This document shows positions 1 through 11,404 of a stretch of DNA of 64,000 nucleotides, piece after piece. Within the stretch, counting starts at the first letter, position 1; each line of letters starts with the position of its first letter. The stretch comes from Tricharina praecox (Eukaryota), in assembly GCF_024521635.1 (NCBI RefSeq), contig NW_026250404.1, positions 1,488,001 through 1,552,000 on the forward strand, in the 5' to 3' direction. Position numbers and translations under genes: made by a program. The notes under the pieces are model-generated. The model worked only from the letters and a program-made list of their open reading frames with translations, was not told the DNA's origin and searched no databases.

Positions 1-540
<540 letters not shown>

Positions 541-912
541 AGGGCTCGCTGATTACATAGGGGCCATCAATTTCTTTTCTACGGTTAGAGTCGGGGTCAA
601 GGCTATTTGCGGGATATCTCTTTTTTTGTATGGCTGTCATCTCTGTCTGGGCTGGGCTGGGTTTCTATCGTGGGTTTGACTAGAATATGATGGTGATGGT
701 ACACGCTGGGTAATACATTGCAAGTGCGATATGATGCGCACCTTTCGTTCCTACCTACCACAGGTGATCCATGATCAGTAAACCAGATGCGCCAAACAGA
801 CCCTCGGTAATGCAGCCCACCAGTTTGTGCATCTCCGTGGAGCCACCTGCTATAGGTACTCGAGCCCCACCTCCCCCTTCCCTCTCCTCCATACAGTACT
901 CCAACCGCAACC

Positions 913-2072
913 ATGGCCCAACTCCAACAACACTACCCGTGGACGCAAACGCCACTCATCGTATCGGCGCCCATGCGCACCGTCTCAGGCGCCGCGCTCA
1001 CCGCGGCGGTCAGCAACGCCGGCGGCCTCGGCTTTTTCGGTGCTGGGTACAGTCTCAGCGACTCTGCGGTACTCTCGGACCTATCCACGCTGCCCACACG
1101 CCTCTCCCCCGGCGCCTCCTACGGCCTCGGCTTCCTGGTATTCCGCAGCGACCTCCGCGACGCGCTCTCGCTGACCACGCTCCACCGCCCCGCCGCAGTC
1201 TGGTTCTTTGCGCCCGCGGACGCCGCCCAGCTGCACGAGTGGCTGTGCGCGTTCCGCGCGCTGGACACCCGCGTGTGGGTGCAGGTGTCGTCGGTGCGCG
1301 AGGCGGAGCAGGTGCTGTGTGGGCAAGGCGGCGGCGTCGTGAGCGTGCTAGTTGCGCAGGGCGCGGCGGACGCAGGCGGCCATGGTAAGGTATGCGGCGG
1401 GAGTGTGATCGCCCTTGTGCCCGAGGTCGTGGATTTGTTGGCGGAGAAGGGGAGGACCGATGTGGCTGTCGTCGCTGCTGGGGGCGTGGTCGACGGCAGG
1501 GGCGTGGCCGCCGTGTTGGCGCTGGGGGCGGGGGCCGCCGTGCTGGGCACCAGGTTTGTCGCGTGTGAGGAGAGCGAGGCGAGTCGGGGCTTTCGGGAGT
1601 TGGTCGTTGGCTCGGCCGATGGCGGGGTTGGGACAGTTAGGTTCTTCTTCCCCCTCTCCATCTCCCCCGACCCCAACCCCGAGCACCACCCCCGGCTGAC
1701 TGAAAACTGGTAGAACGCGCCTCTACGACAACCTCCGGGGCACGGGCTTCTGGCCGGCAGAATACGGCGGGCGCGCGATCATCAACGAGTCGTTCCGGGA
1801 TGCGGAGAAGGGTGTAGCTGAGGACAAGAACGCGGAGTTGTACGCGCAGGCTGTGACGAGGAATGATTTTACGAGGTTGACGGCGTTTGCGTAGGTCTCC
1901 CCCCCCCACTAACTATGATTCGCGGTAACGAGCATGGAGTTGAACGTCGAGTAGCGGTACCGGCGTCGGGCTGGTGAAAGAGGTGCTGCCCGCGGCATCG
2001 ATCGTGGAGAACCTGAGGACGCAGGCGAGGGAAGTTTTGAGGCAGCAAGCGGTCGAGCTGGGGCTTTTGTGA
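913..2072 (+). CDS. Nitronate monooxygenase (2-nitropropane dioxygenase family, FMN-dependent)
   Basis: PLIVSAPM, AVSNAGGLGF, VAQGA.DAGGHG, VAAGGVVDGRG.AA.LALGA and LGTRF motifs. Introns 1641-1713 and 1891-1954 give TRLYDNLRG...AGTGVGLVKE; stop TGA at 2070-2072. Confidence 0.9.
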
Positions 2073-2318
2073 GCGTGGGGGAAGTCAGGCGTAGCGCGTG
2101 TCCTCCCGCATACATAACCGTGGACGGCTGGTGATAGGGTGAGATGCGGGATGCGGGATGCAAGACATGCGCTACTATGTAATAGTACTCTACCTACATC
2201 AGGTGCATTTCTACTAGTAGATGAGTATATGTGAATTCCTTATGAATAACCTTCGCCTCTCTTGGGATGGAATAAACAGCTAGAAAAGCAACGTGAACAC
2301 ACTCCCTCCCTTGCGCAA

Positions 2319-2967
2319 TCACAACTCGCTCTTCCCCTTCCCTTTCCCCTTCCCCTTCTTCGCTTGATCCATCTCCTTCCTCCTCTCAGCCACACTCCCC
2401 TCCAACCTCAGCTTAAGCTCCTGATTCCATCCCATCATGAACAACACCTCGATCCACACAAACAGCGGCGCGAGAAACAGCGCCTGCGAAAGATTATCGA
2501 GGAGGGCAGGGGCCCTCTTCTCAAAGACGCCATGTCCCACAAACTGCAGAAGCCAGCTGACGACCTGGACCGCCGCAGCGTACATATTGAACCTGTCGAT
2601 ATGACCGACGCAGTAGCTCCCGACGAGGGACTGCACGAGCACGTACGGCGCCAGCAGCGTACCCGGGATCGGCGCGAGGAGGATGTACCCCAAGCCGTAG
2701 ACGGCGGCGGTGACAGTGCTGAGGTTGGCGTATTCAGACGGGACCAGCGGCAGTGGCAGGGAGACGTTCGCTCCCAGAGACATCATCGTGAACATCAGCA
2801 CTGGCACAAACACGATGTGGATGTAGATGTTGGTCGGGTGTGCGTGGTAGCTGCCGTACTGTAGCACGGAAGGGTCAGTATCCGTGCGTGTGCGGAGGGG
2901 AGGGGTGCACGCCGGGGTGCTAGGTACGAACGAAGGTGAGGTGCTTCTCCAGGCCCAGGAAGGCCAT
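2319..2967 (-). CDS. MPO1: Mpo1/DUF962 family ER membrane dioxygenase (YGL010W-like)
   Basis: MAFLGLEKHLTF|YGSYH.HPTNIYIH.VFVP and SWLLQFVGHGVFEKRAPALLDNL.QALFLAPLFVW.E motifs; intron 2859-2931. Confidence 0.88.
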
Positions 2968-4376
2968 GTTTGCTGCGGTGTTCGGTCTCGGTCTCGGTGA
3001 CGATGTTGGTGCTCGGGCGTGACGTGACGTGAGGTTAGAGTTGATTCGCAACGTTAACTGTCAAACGGAACAAGGCGAGATGAGAGCGAGAGGGTCCGGG
3101 GAAACTTAGGGGAGTAAGGGGAGAATATGGAGATCATATACTACCTATCCGATCTTCCGGAAGCGATCCGGGGGGCTGGACCATCACATGCCTGTTCGGC
3201 CGTTGATCTGCTCCTACTCTACACCACCTGATGTTCTTCACCGGTATGGCTGGCACGACCGTTTTGTATTATTGTTTAATCATCAGTGCATTCGGCCTTT
3301 AGGTGGATCATGTCATCACGGATGTGACGGGTTTCCGTAAGGCGGTATTTCATGCCTGGCTGCGAGTCCGGAATGTGATACCTGAGTGTCTAATACGAGC
3401 CCACGGCCGCAAATATGTAAGTTCAGTAGGTAAGACTTCAAGCAGAACCCAGCCCAGCCATACGGAAGTCACCTTCCAGGATGTCCTCCGATGTACGTAG
3501 GACTATGCATGAAATCGCATCTCAAACATCGACAGTCTTCATTCATTTGCATGTTCCATATCACATCCCATCCGTACCCATGGCATTCATTCACAGCCAA
3601 TACGTTACATACCGGTATCCTTTCCATCTCCCATCTTCCCATCTCCCTCCACTTCCCCCTCCCCCTCCCCCAATCACCTCCGCCTTCTCCACCGCGATAT
3701 CTACCGCGCACACACCTCACAGTTGACAAACTCAGGAAATAGAAGAAAAGAAAACACTTGAAAAGAAAAATAAACAAAAAAACAAATCCCAATCGCCGTT
3801 TTCCGCTCTAACACAACACAAGTGAAAGAAACACAAACATAAACAGAAAGAGAAGTAGGAAAACACACAAGAAGGAAAAAAGCGAATAATATACACGTCT
3901 CTTTTCTTCCCCCCTTCCACCCCGCCAAGCCCTCTCTCTCTCTCTTCTCTCCATTTTCATCTCCATCTCCACCTCTCGTTCGTACAGTACAGGGAAAAAA
4001 CCGCCAATTTTTTGTTTGCCACTCCCGCGATATTAAAGGTCGGAAGGAAGGAGGGGTTGGGTGGTGGTGGTGATGGTGGTGGTGGGGATCAAAAAGAAAA
4101 AGTACACAAAGTTTATAAAACGAAGAGACTCCCCAGTACGGAAGGAAGGGAGGAGGAGGAAGTTGCGCACCATGGTGATGAAGAATAATGGAAAGAGAAA
4201 GGACAAAACACCAGCCCTCATGAAAAAAAACGGAATACTAACTGAAATTCGAAACACCCAAAAAAAAACACAGAAAAGGTCAAAGATCAAACAAGAAAAA
4301 AAAATTATACCCGGAAAAAAAACGACACCCAGGACACCAACAAAAGGAGATGAAAACAGAAGCGCAAGCCGTCCGG

Positions 4377-7300
4377 TCAATTCAAGAACCCTTTGCATCC
4401 GCTGGACCCGCACAAGCACGGAATCCGATCGTCACTGTCGAGCTCGCGCTCGAACTTGTAATCGTAGGTCAGCTCCTCGTCTGTGGGAAACCAGTTAGCA
4501 TTGGATGCTTATGATCACGATTAGCATGCGCGAAGACTCACTCTCTTTGATATCTCTCAATGCATAGATAACGATCCGCTTTGTGCCCTCGACTTTGATG
4601 ATCTTGGCAGTGCAGTTGGGGGTGCAGCTGTGGTTGATGAACCGCGCGATCCCACCCTTCTTGGTGGCATCGATGACCGTGTTCTCGTCAATCCGGAACA
4701 AGTAACTGCTTCCTATGCCGCTCTTGATGTACTTGCGCTCGCGCATGTCGGCCACCTGCTGGCGGACGATCTCGCCGACATACTCGATGATCATGTCGTT
4801 CGCCGGGATATTCTCCATGGCGTACAGTCCCCAATTGTGAATTGCGGACCGAGCGAACCGAACAGGCTTCTTCCTCTTCTTGAGTTGGTTGAAACGCATG
4901 ATATCAGCATCACCGCACAGAATTTGTTTCTGATTGTTGAGCTCCTGGACGAGACGTCGGTTGTTGACCCGATTTTCGCGGGAGGAAGAGACGGGGACCT
5001 TGGTCGTCGTGGTCTTTGATGAATGCTGTGGCGAGACGTGGGGAGCTGCATTCGCGCGCTTGGCTGCGACAGCGAGACGATGCGGAAGGTACTTGGACTT
5101 TTCGGCTTCGGGAATCTTACGATATCCCTCGGTTCTCGCGCAACCGGTACGGTTGGGCCGATAGAACCCCTCGATCGATTCAACGGTATAGGTGGGACCT
5201 GCGACGAATTAAACTCGGAAAAGTGATAGTTTGTGACGGGGGATTTCTTACCTCGCTTACCCTCCCTGTTGGCCGCCTTGCGTTCCTTCATCTTGCAAGC
5301 CCACAGGTGGACATTCCCCACATTCGCCGGGATTGTATCTTCCAACGCCAACTTCAGGAACCGCACATCCTCATCGTCCATAACCACTGCCTGCAATCCA
5401 TCGAGATCCATAATCATCTCTGTATCTTCTTCAACTGTCACCTTGGGCAGAATTGTGCTAGAAATCGTCCAGGACATGTCTACAACCGGCGGAGGACCAT
5501 CCTTCTCAGCTTCGATCTGATCCAAGAACAGATCGATAGCTGCCTCCGTTTTCTCATCGGTGAGCTTCTGGTAGAGGTCGGCTTCTTTGGAGTCGTCAAG
5601 GCTTGTGATGTCCACCCCTTCGTCCTCATCGAGGATTGCTCTGTGACTGACTTCGTCAGATGCGAGCTTAGTAGCTTCCACCTTCCTGGCCTTCTTTCGG
5701 TTTGCGTGTTCTTCGCCATCATCACCGACAATAAAGCCTTGCAGGCTCGATTCGGTCGGCTCGTCATCAACCTCCATCGGATTCGCCTCCTGCTCTGGAC
5801 TGGCCGTCTCGACAGCCTCGTCATCCTCGTCGTCCGTGGAGATGGCCGTATCCTTGAGTCGTGACGGTGTTCGAGCTCCGATACTTCGCTTCCGCTTCCT
5901 GCTCCGCATATCCGCCAGAGATGATGGCGCCAAACTTACGGAATCATCATCGCCGATATCTGTAGACAACGCCCTAGACACCGAGCCGCGCGACACAGGG
6001 CGCTGATCCGTAGTCGTGGATTCATCGTCGGAGCCGTCGTAATGGTTCAATCTATGAGCCAGTGGTCTAGCTTCTTCGTTCCTCTTACCCCGGTCGCCCT
6101 TAGGCCCACGGAGTGCATTGGACGTCGGGGTTTCTAGCCGTTTGGGTTTGTGCTTTTTGAAGCGGGGGAGGACGGTGATCAAGTTCGCAGGCAATGGCTG
6201 CGCTTCGGGAGCGGCAGCTGCGGTGAAGGGTGGAGGTAACGGGGAATCGCAGGCAGGCGTCGAGGCGGCGTCAGTGTCCGTCTTGTCATCTTTCTCCTCG
6301 GGCTTCTTCCGAGTCTCGAGTCGGCCAGGGTTCAACAAGTCGTATATGTGCGGTTCAGCGATTCGCCTCCGGATATCCGAGGCAAGCGTGGTCTTCAAGT
6401 CGGCTTTGGCGGCCTTATGGGACTCGCGGGGTACGTCTACTCTCTCAAGCTTTCTCTTCGGTGGTCTCGGTGCCGGGGAAGGCGAGCGAGAGGCTTGCCG
6501 TGCGGCCACAGCAGAGGCGTTCGGGTTTCCTCGAGGGTACTTCTTCATGCGCATTTGGTAGGAGAACAGGCGGTCACCATCGCACATCCGGAAGCAATTG
6601 TCCAATCCTCTCGAGTTGGTAAACACAACGAAAAATCCATCCTTATCGCATAGCACATCTTCAACACCGAAGTTCTTCAACCGTCCGTACAGATGCTTGC
6701 AGAATCGAACCTCTCCTGGAATGTACCTCGAAGAGATGAATATCGCCGGCCGTCGTCCGAGGTCGTTGATGGCTTTGTAGTTCTGTGGTCGCGGCTTGAT
6801 GAAATGGCTGTCCGGATCGTTTGGGGAAACCGAGGCGGTCCGTAGTGACCGTTCTCTCTCCGGGGGCGGCGGTGGTGGTGGTGGCGGCGGTCGGTTTCGG
6901 GCCTCCTCCCTGCGCTTGACCTCCTCTACTCGCCGTTTAGCTTCCCCCTCCCTGCGCCTGACCTCCTGCTCTTTGCGCTTGGCCTCCGCATCTCTGCGCA
7001 TGTATTCGTCTTGCTTCTTCCGCTTCTCTTCCATTATCCGCTCCACATATTTCGAGCACTTCATCCCATCCCGGTCGAGCACTACCTTGATGTTTTGCAT
7101 CCCGATCTTCATCTGGTTTCCCTTCTGAACTGCGCTCCTGGCCGAATGGTGGCCGAGCACCTTGTCGCCTTTGCTGTCGCGGTAGATGACGCTGCAAATT
7201 CCGAGGGATCCGCCAGTCGTCGGGTCAACCTTCAATTCGAATTTCTGCACATCGCCGAACGTCCTGAAGTTCATCAAAATTTCGCTTTCGGTGGTGAGCG

Positions 7301-8074
7301 GGGATAATCCGGTAACCATGATTTGCGCAGGCGGCCCGGGCCCGATGTAATGGCGGTCCCACTCCCAATTCACTCGGCCCAAAGCAGTGCGCACTTTTCT
7401 CTTACCGCCTTTGGGTCCTAGGGTATAGTCGGGATGGGATTTCCGGGGGTCTTGTACGGGCATAGATAGCTGCGAAGCGGTGTCAGTACAGTTCCGCTCT
7501 GCCAAACATGTAAATTGATATCATCTCGCAAGAGTGCCGGGGGCGCGGGGGTCACGGGGGGGGCAAGAAATAGAAAAATGTATACACATACTCCCTCACC
7601 ATCGTAGCGATAGGTTACTTTGCCGCTCTTCTTCGCCGAAGAGTCTTCGTCGAGGAATGGATCATATTCGGCGCGACAATTCCTTCGCTGGGGTGCCGGT
7701 GGAGTTGCCTTGGGTGTCGGGATTGCCGGTCGCGGTTGCTCGACTGCTGGAGGCGGAAGAGCCTTCTTCTCCTTCTCCGACATTAACACCTCTGCATTCG
7801 GCGATACTGTCGCGGGTCGCGGACTCACATCCGGGGGCGACGAACTCGACGTAGCAGGAGTTAGTTGCGAATTACTATGCGTGGTTGTAGGAATGGAGGC
7901 GGTCGAGGAAGCAGTGCTGCCTGCCGACAGTGCACCCGAGATATCTCGATCCCGGTCATACTCGTCGTGTTGCTGTATCCGTACCTTCTCCTTCGCGGCC
8001 TTTGCAGCCTGGGCTTTCTTTGCCAGGACCGAGGGGGCGGCGGGAAAGAAGTCGGCATATCCTGCGCGCGACAT
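4377..8074 (-). CDS. SET1: Histone H3K4 methyltransferase Set1 (COMPASS catalytic subunit)
   Basis: N-terminal [20 protein letters not shown] region, n-[54 protein letters not shown], post-SET CLCGS..CKGFLN*. Introns 7470-7591, 5199-5251 and 4481-4541 keep the frame. Confidence 0.97.
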
Positions 8075-10545
8075 GTCCGTGTGGGTTATGTCAGGCGTCG
8101 CATTTACCGAGGACGTTGCAAGGGAAGAATTAGTAGCACGCGCTGCCGGCTGGGGACGGGGAAGCGACTGTAGTTTGTATGCGACAGGACGACCGACGAC
8201 GTGAGAGCTGGCGACAGACGTTGCTGGTGCTGGGCGGGGACAGAGGGGAAGAGGAGGGGGAAGGTTGGAGGGTGCGTGTGAATGTGTGTGTGTGACAACG
8301 ATGTGGGGGAGGGGAATGAGGGTCGCGGGAGAGGGTGGTAGAGGTGAAGGAGTTGAAAGAGTGTTGTCGTCGCAGTTAGGCGATGCGATGTAGAGAGAAG
8401 GAGGTGGAGGGATGTTGAGCAGCGGTAGCTGGGAGTTGTCGGGTGAGTTGATAGCGCGTCGTCTGGGGGTGGGTGTGTGTGAAGCTAAACGCGAAGGAAA
8501 GGGAAGAGAAAATAGCGACAGCGACACGGCAAGGAGGCTGAGGGGAACGGTGTGGGGGCGGCGAAAGCGACGGGTTGCTGAGGAAGCGGTAAGAGCATTC
8601 GAAGGCTAGAGGGCTTTCTTTGCTCGCGAAGGCAGGGTTAGTGGAGGGTCGAGGTCAAGGTCAAGGCAAGGTGAATGGCAGGTGAGCAGAGCGGGAATCA
8701 CACGAGAACGAAGCGATACAAGAGTTTGAGACGTTTTGATTTTGGGGGTCAGCAACGGGCGACAGGCGAAGCAGTACGCATGATTGTTTGCGTTTGGGTA
8801 CAGTGGAGGAGGCGGAGAGGCGGCGTTGGAGGGGTTTGCTTGTGAGATTTGCTTTTGAATATGAGGAATGATCTTCAACGACTTTTTTCTTCTTATGATG
8901 TAGGTTATGGAGCAACGTGCGTTCACTGGAATGGATTCCGTATTGGATTCGACGAAGGTGATGATCACAAGGCACTGTTAGACTACTTAAGCTATGTAGT
9001 TAGTGTATGTACTCTATCATAGGACTTGAAAGTTGATGAGGGAGAATTACATCTTCTGCATTGCTGGGGAGTGTGGCGTGTGGCTGAAAGCTGTCACGTG
9101 ATGGGTCGGCGACTTGAGTTCGGTGCGTGTTTAGACTTCCGATGACATCTATTTCACTTTCGCCATGAGGCCGGAGGTAGGTTCGGTTTTGCCGGCACAG
9201 AGTTTATATGAACACGATGGGAACAGAAGAGAAGAGATCTTGGGTGGGCGATGTCAAATAGAGACAGCCATTTAACGTCTCGTTCGTACAGAGGAGAGGA
9301 AGATGTACAACACGTATAGAAAGACGCGTGAATAATACCATGTACTCGACTCTATTGCCGTGCACGTGAAGAATAGTTACACTTGACTCTATCGTCCCGC
9401 ACGTAAAGTGAAGCGGGTTGTCCCGGTGATGAAGCTGACTACCTTTCGGCCCCTTGCACCGAGCTTCTCTGCTCCCTCTCACTTCTCGTAACTCCTCATC
9501 AGCCACGTCCTGCATCTATCCGTCCAACGACAACGGCTTCCACCAGACACCTCCCCCTTACGAGCCACCAGAACCGAAATACCGGTGTTGACCAACCAAC
9601 GGCAGAAGAAACTCTCGTCCCCGACTCAGCATTACTGCACTCCTCTCCACGCCGATATCACAGCCTTTCAACCTATCCCACGAGTTTACCATCAAATCGA
9701 GCCTGGAATCTTCGCGCAAATCGCACGCAAGTGCACATATTGTATACTTGAGGCGTACATACGAGGCATATATGTTGTGCTGCAACAAGCAAGCAAACCA
9801 GCAAACGGCGACGCCACCAGCAAGCACTGCCCTACATGCAAGTACACTGCCCGCCATCACGACCACCACAACCATCCCCACCCTCACCACCACCACCGGA
9901 GAACGAACGAGTGAGCGAACGACCTCGGAGCAGAGATATAGCTCTTCCGTGGACGAAACGTGCCATGATAAACTGCTGCGATCGAACCGGTGAAGTGGTT
10001 CGGATATCCGGGCCCACCAGGCTTCGATGCCGACTTTAGAAGCTTCTCACCCCGGGTCCCTCGTCGTGACGTTGGTATCTATCACTTCGGCATGCGCGGT
10101 TTGGTGAGAATCAAGCCGTCCTTCACACTTCACTCCTACCAGGTACTATACCAACTGCTCAACCCAGTGAAGTCTACCGCTGCTGTTCCTGCTGCTAGAA
10201 AGAACCAGAACTACCTTATCCTCGCGCATTGCGGACTGATCGGCCACCGAGGTCGAGAATGCCATGAGGACGTCTTTCGCGATGATACGCCGTATGTTTG
10301 CCGGTTCGTCGTGATCTTAGAGTTCTCAGTCTGTAGAATAGGTACATAGCAATGAAACGATCCCTTTATCACGTGCCATAAGCTCAGCGCGCCCAACCCA
10401 CCGCCAAGCCCCAACATTCCGCCCCCACGTAAAAAATCGCGTCCACCGTCCAGCGTCTCCACCGTGCCCCTACACCGTGCCCCACCGCCAAGCTCACCTC
10501 ACCTCTCTACCACCCGCACCCGCACCACTCCACGACCACAGCAAA

Positions 10546-11145
10546 ATGAAGCTCCTAACAACCAACTACCTAACCTGCGCGATCAAGGCCTGCCGCACCT
10601 CGCCGCTATCGTTCCCGCTGCACTTCAAGGATGCCGAGCTAGTGCAGGAAACGCTCGAGGCGAACCCGACGTTCATCCGCAACATCCTGCCGCGGATCGA
10701 GTGGCCTGCGCTGGTGACTACTGCTACCGAGGTGAGTTTCTGCGTCTGGGACCTGTCGGGGCGGGGAATGAGGGGAGGGCCTGAGGGGGCTAATCCGATG
10801 GGATTCACAGCTCGGCTTCACGACGTTGCCGCCCACGAAGCCCGAGGGGGACGAGTTGACGGATGAGCTGGTCGCGGAACTGCACACGCTGCTTGTGGAG
10901 GTGGGTTTGCTTGCTCGATACCTACCGGAGGTTGGAGGTTGGAGAGGCGCTGATGGGAGGGGTGCACAGACGCAGGTTATTAGTGGGAAGTTGGTGTGCG
11001 GCGCTTGCGGGCATGAGTACAACATCCACGAGGGCATCGCGAATTTTTTGTTGCCAAATCATTTGGGTATGTCTCTCCTGCTCCTGGTTGGTTGGTTGGT
11101 TGGTTGGGTGGTGGGTATAGAGCGCTGACAGGCTGTGCAGTCTAG
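10546..11145 (+). CDS. TRM112: Multifunctional methyltransferase activator subunit Trm112
   Basis: MKLLTTNYLTCAIKAC...SFPL...LHTLLVETQVISGKLVCGACGHEYNIHEGIANFLLPNHLV*; introns 10732-10810, 10901-10969 and 11067-11140. Confidence 0.95.
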
Positions 11146-11404
11146 GAGTAGGAATAAAAAACGTTTACTGTGACAATTTCACGAACTGCTATATGCACGC
11201 ACACGCATGCGCGATTAACCAAATACCATCAGATTACCGTACCGTGTCATCCCGCTCCAAAAAACCTCAAAGATTAAAAACATCATCTCTCTACCTCGAG
11301 CCCGCATCAGAGCCGAATCCTTCAACCATCGCGTCATCAATCGACAAACCCAAAAGCGCCGCAAACCCAAAAACTCCAAACCATCCTACAAAAAACAGAG
11401 GTGC

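Noticed and set aside
4033..4498. Lys-rich and Phe-rich ORFs (also 3469-3928, 45178-45923, 46933-47417)
   Set aside because: Translations of A/T-rich low-complexity non-coding tracts.
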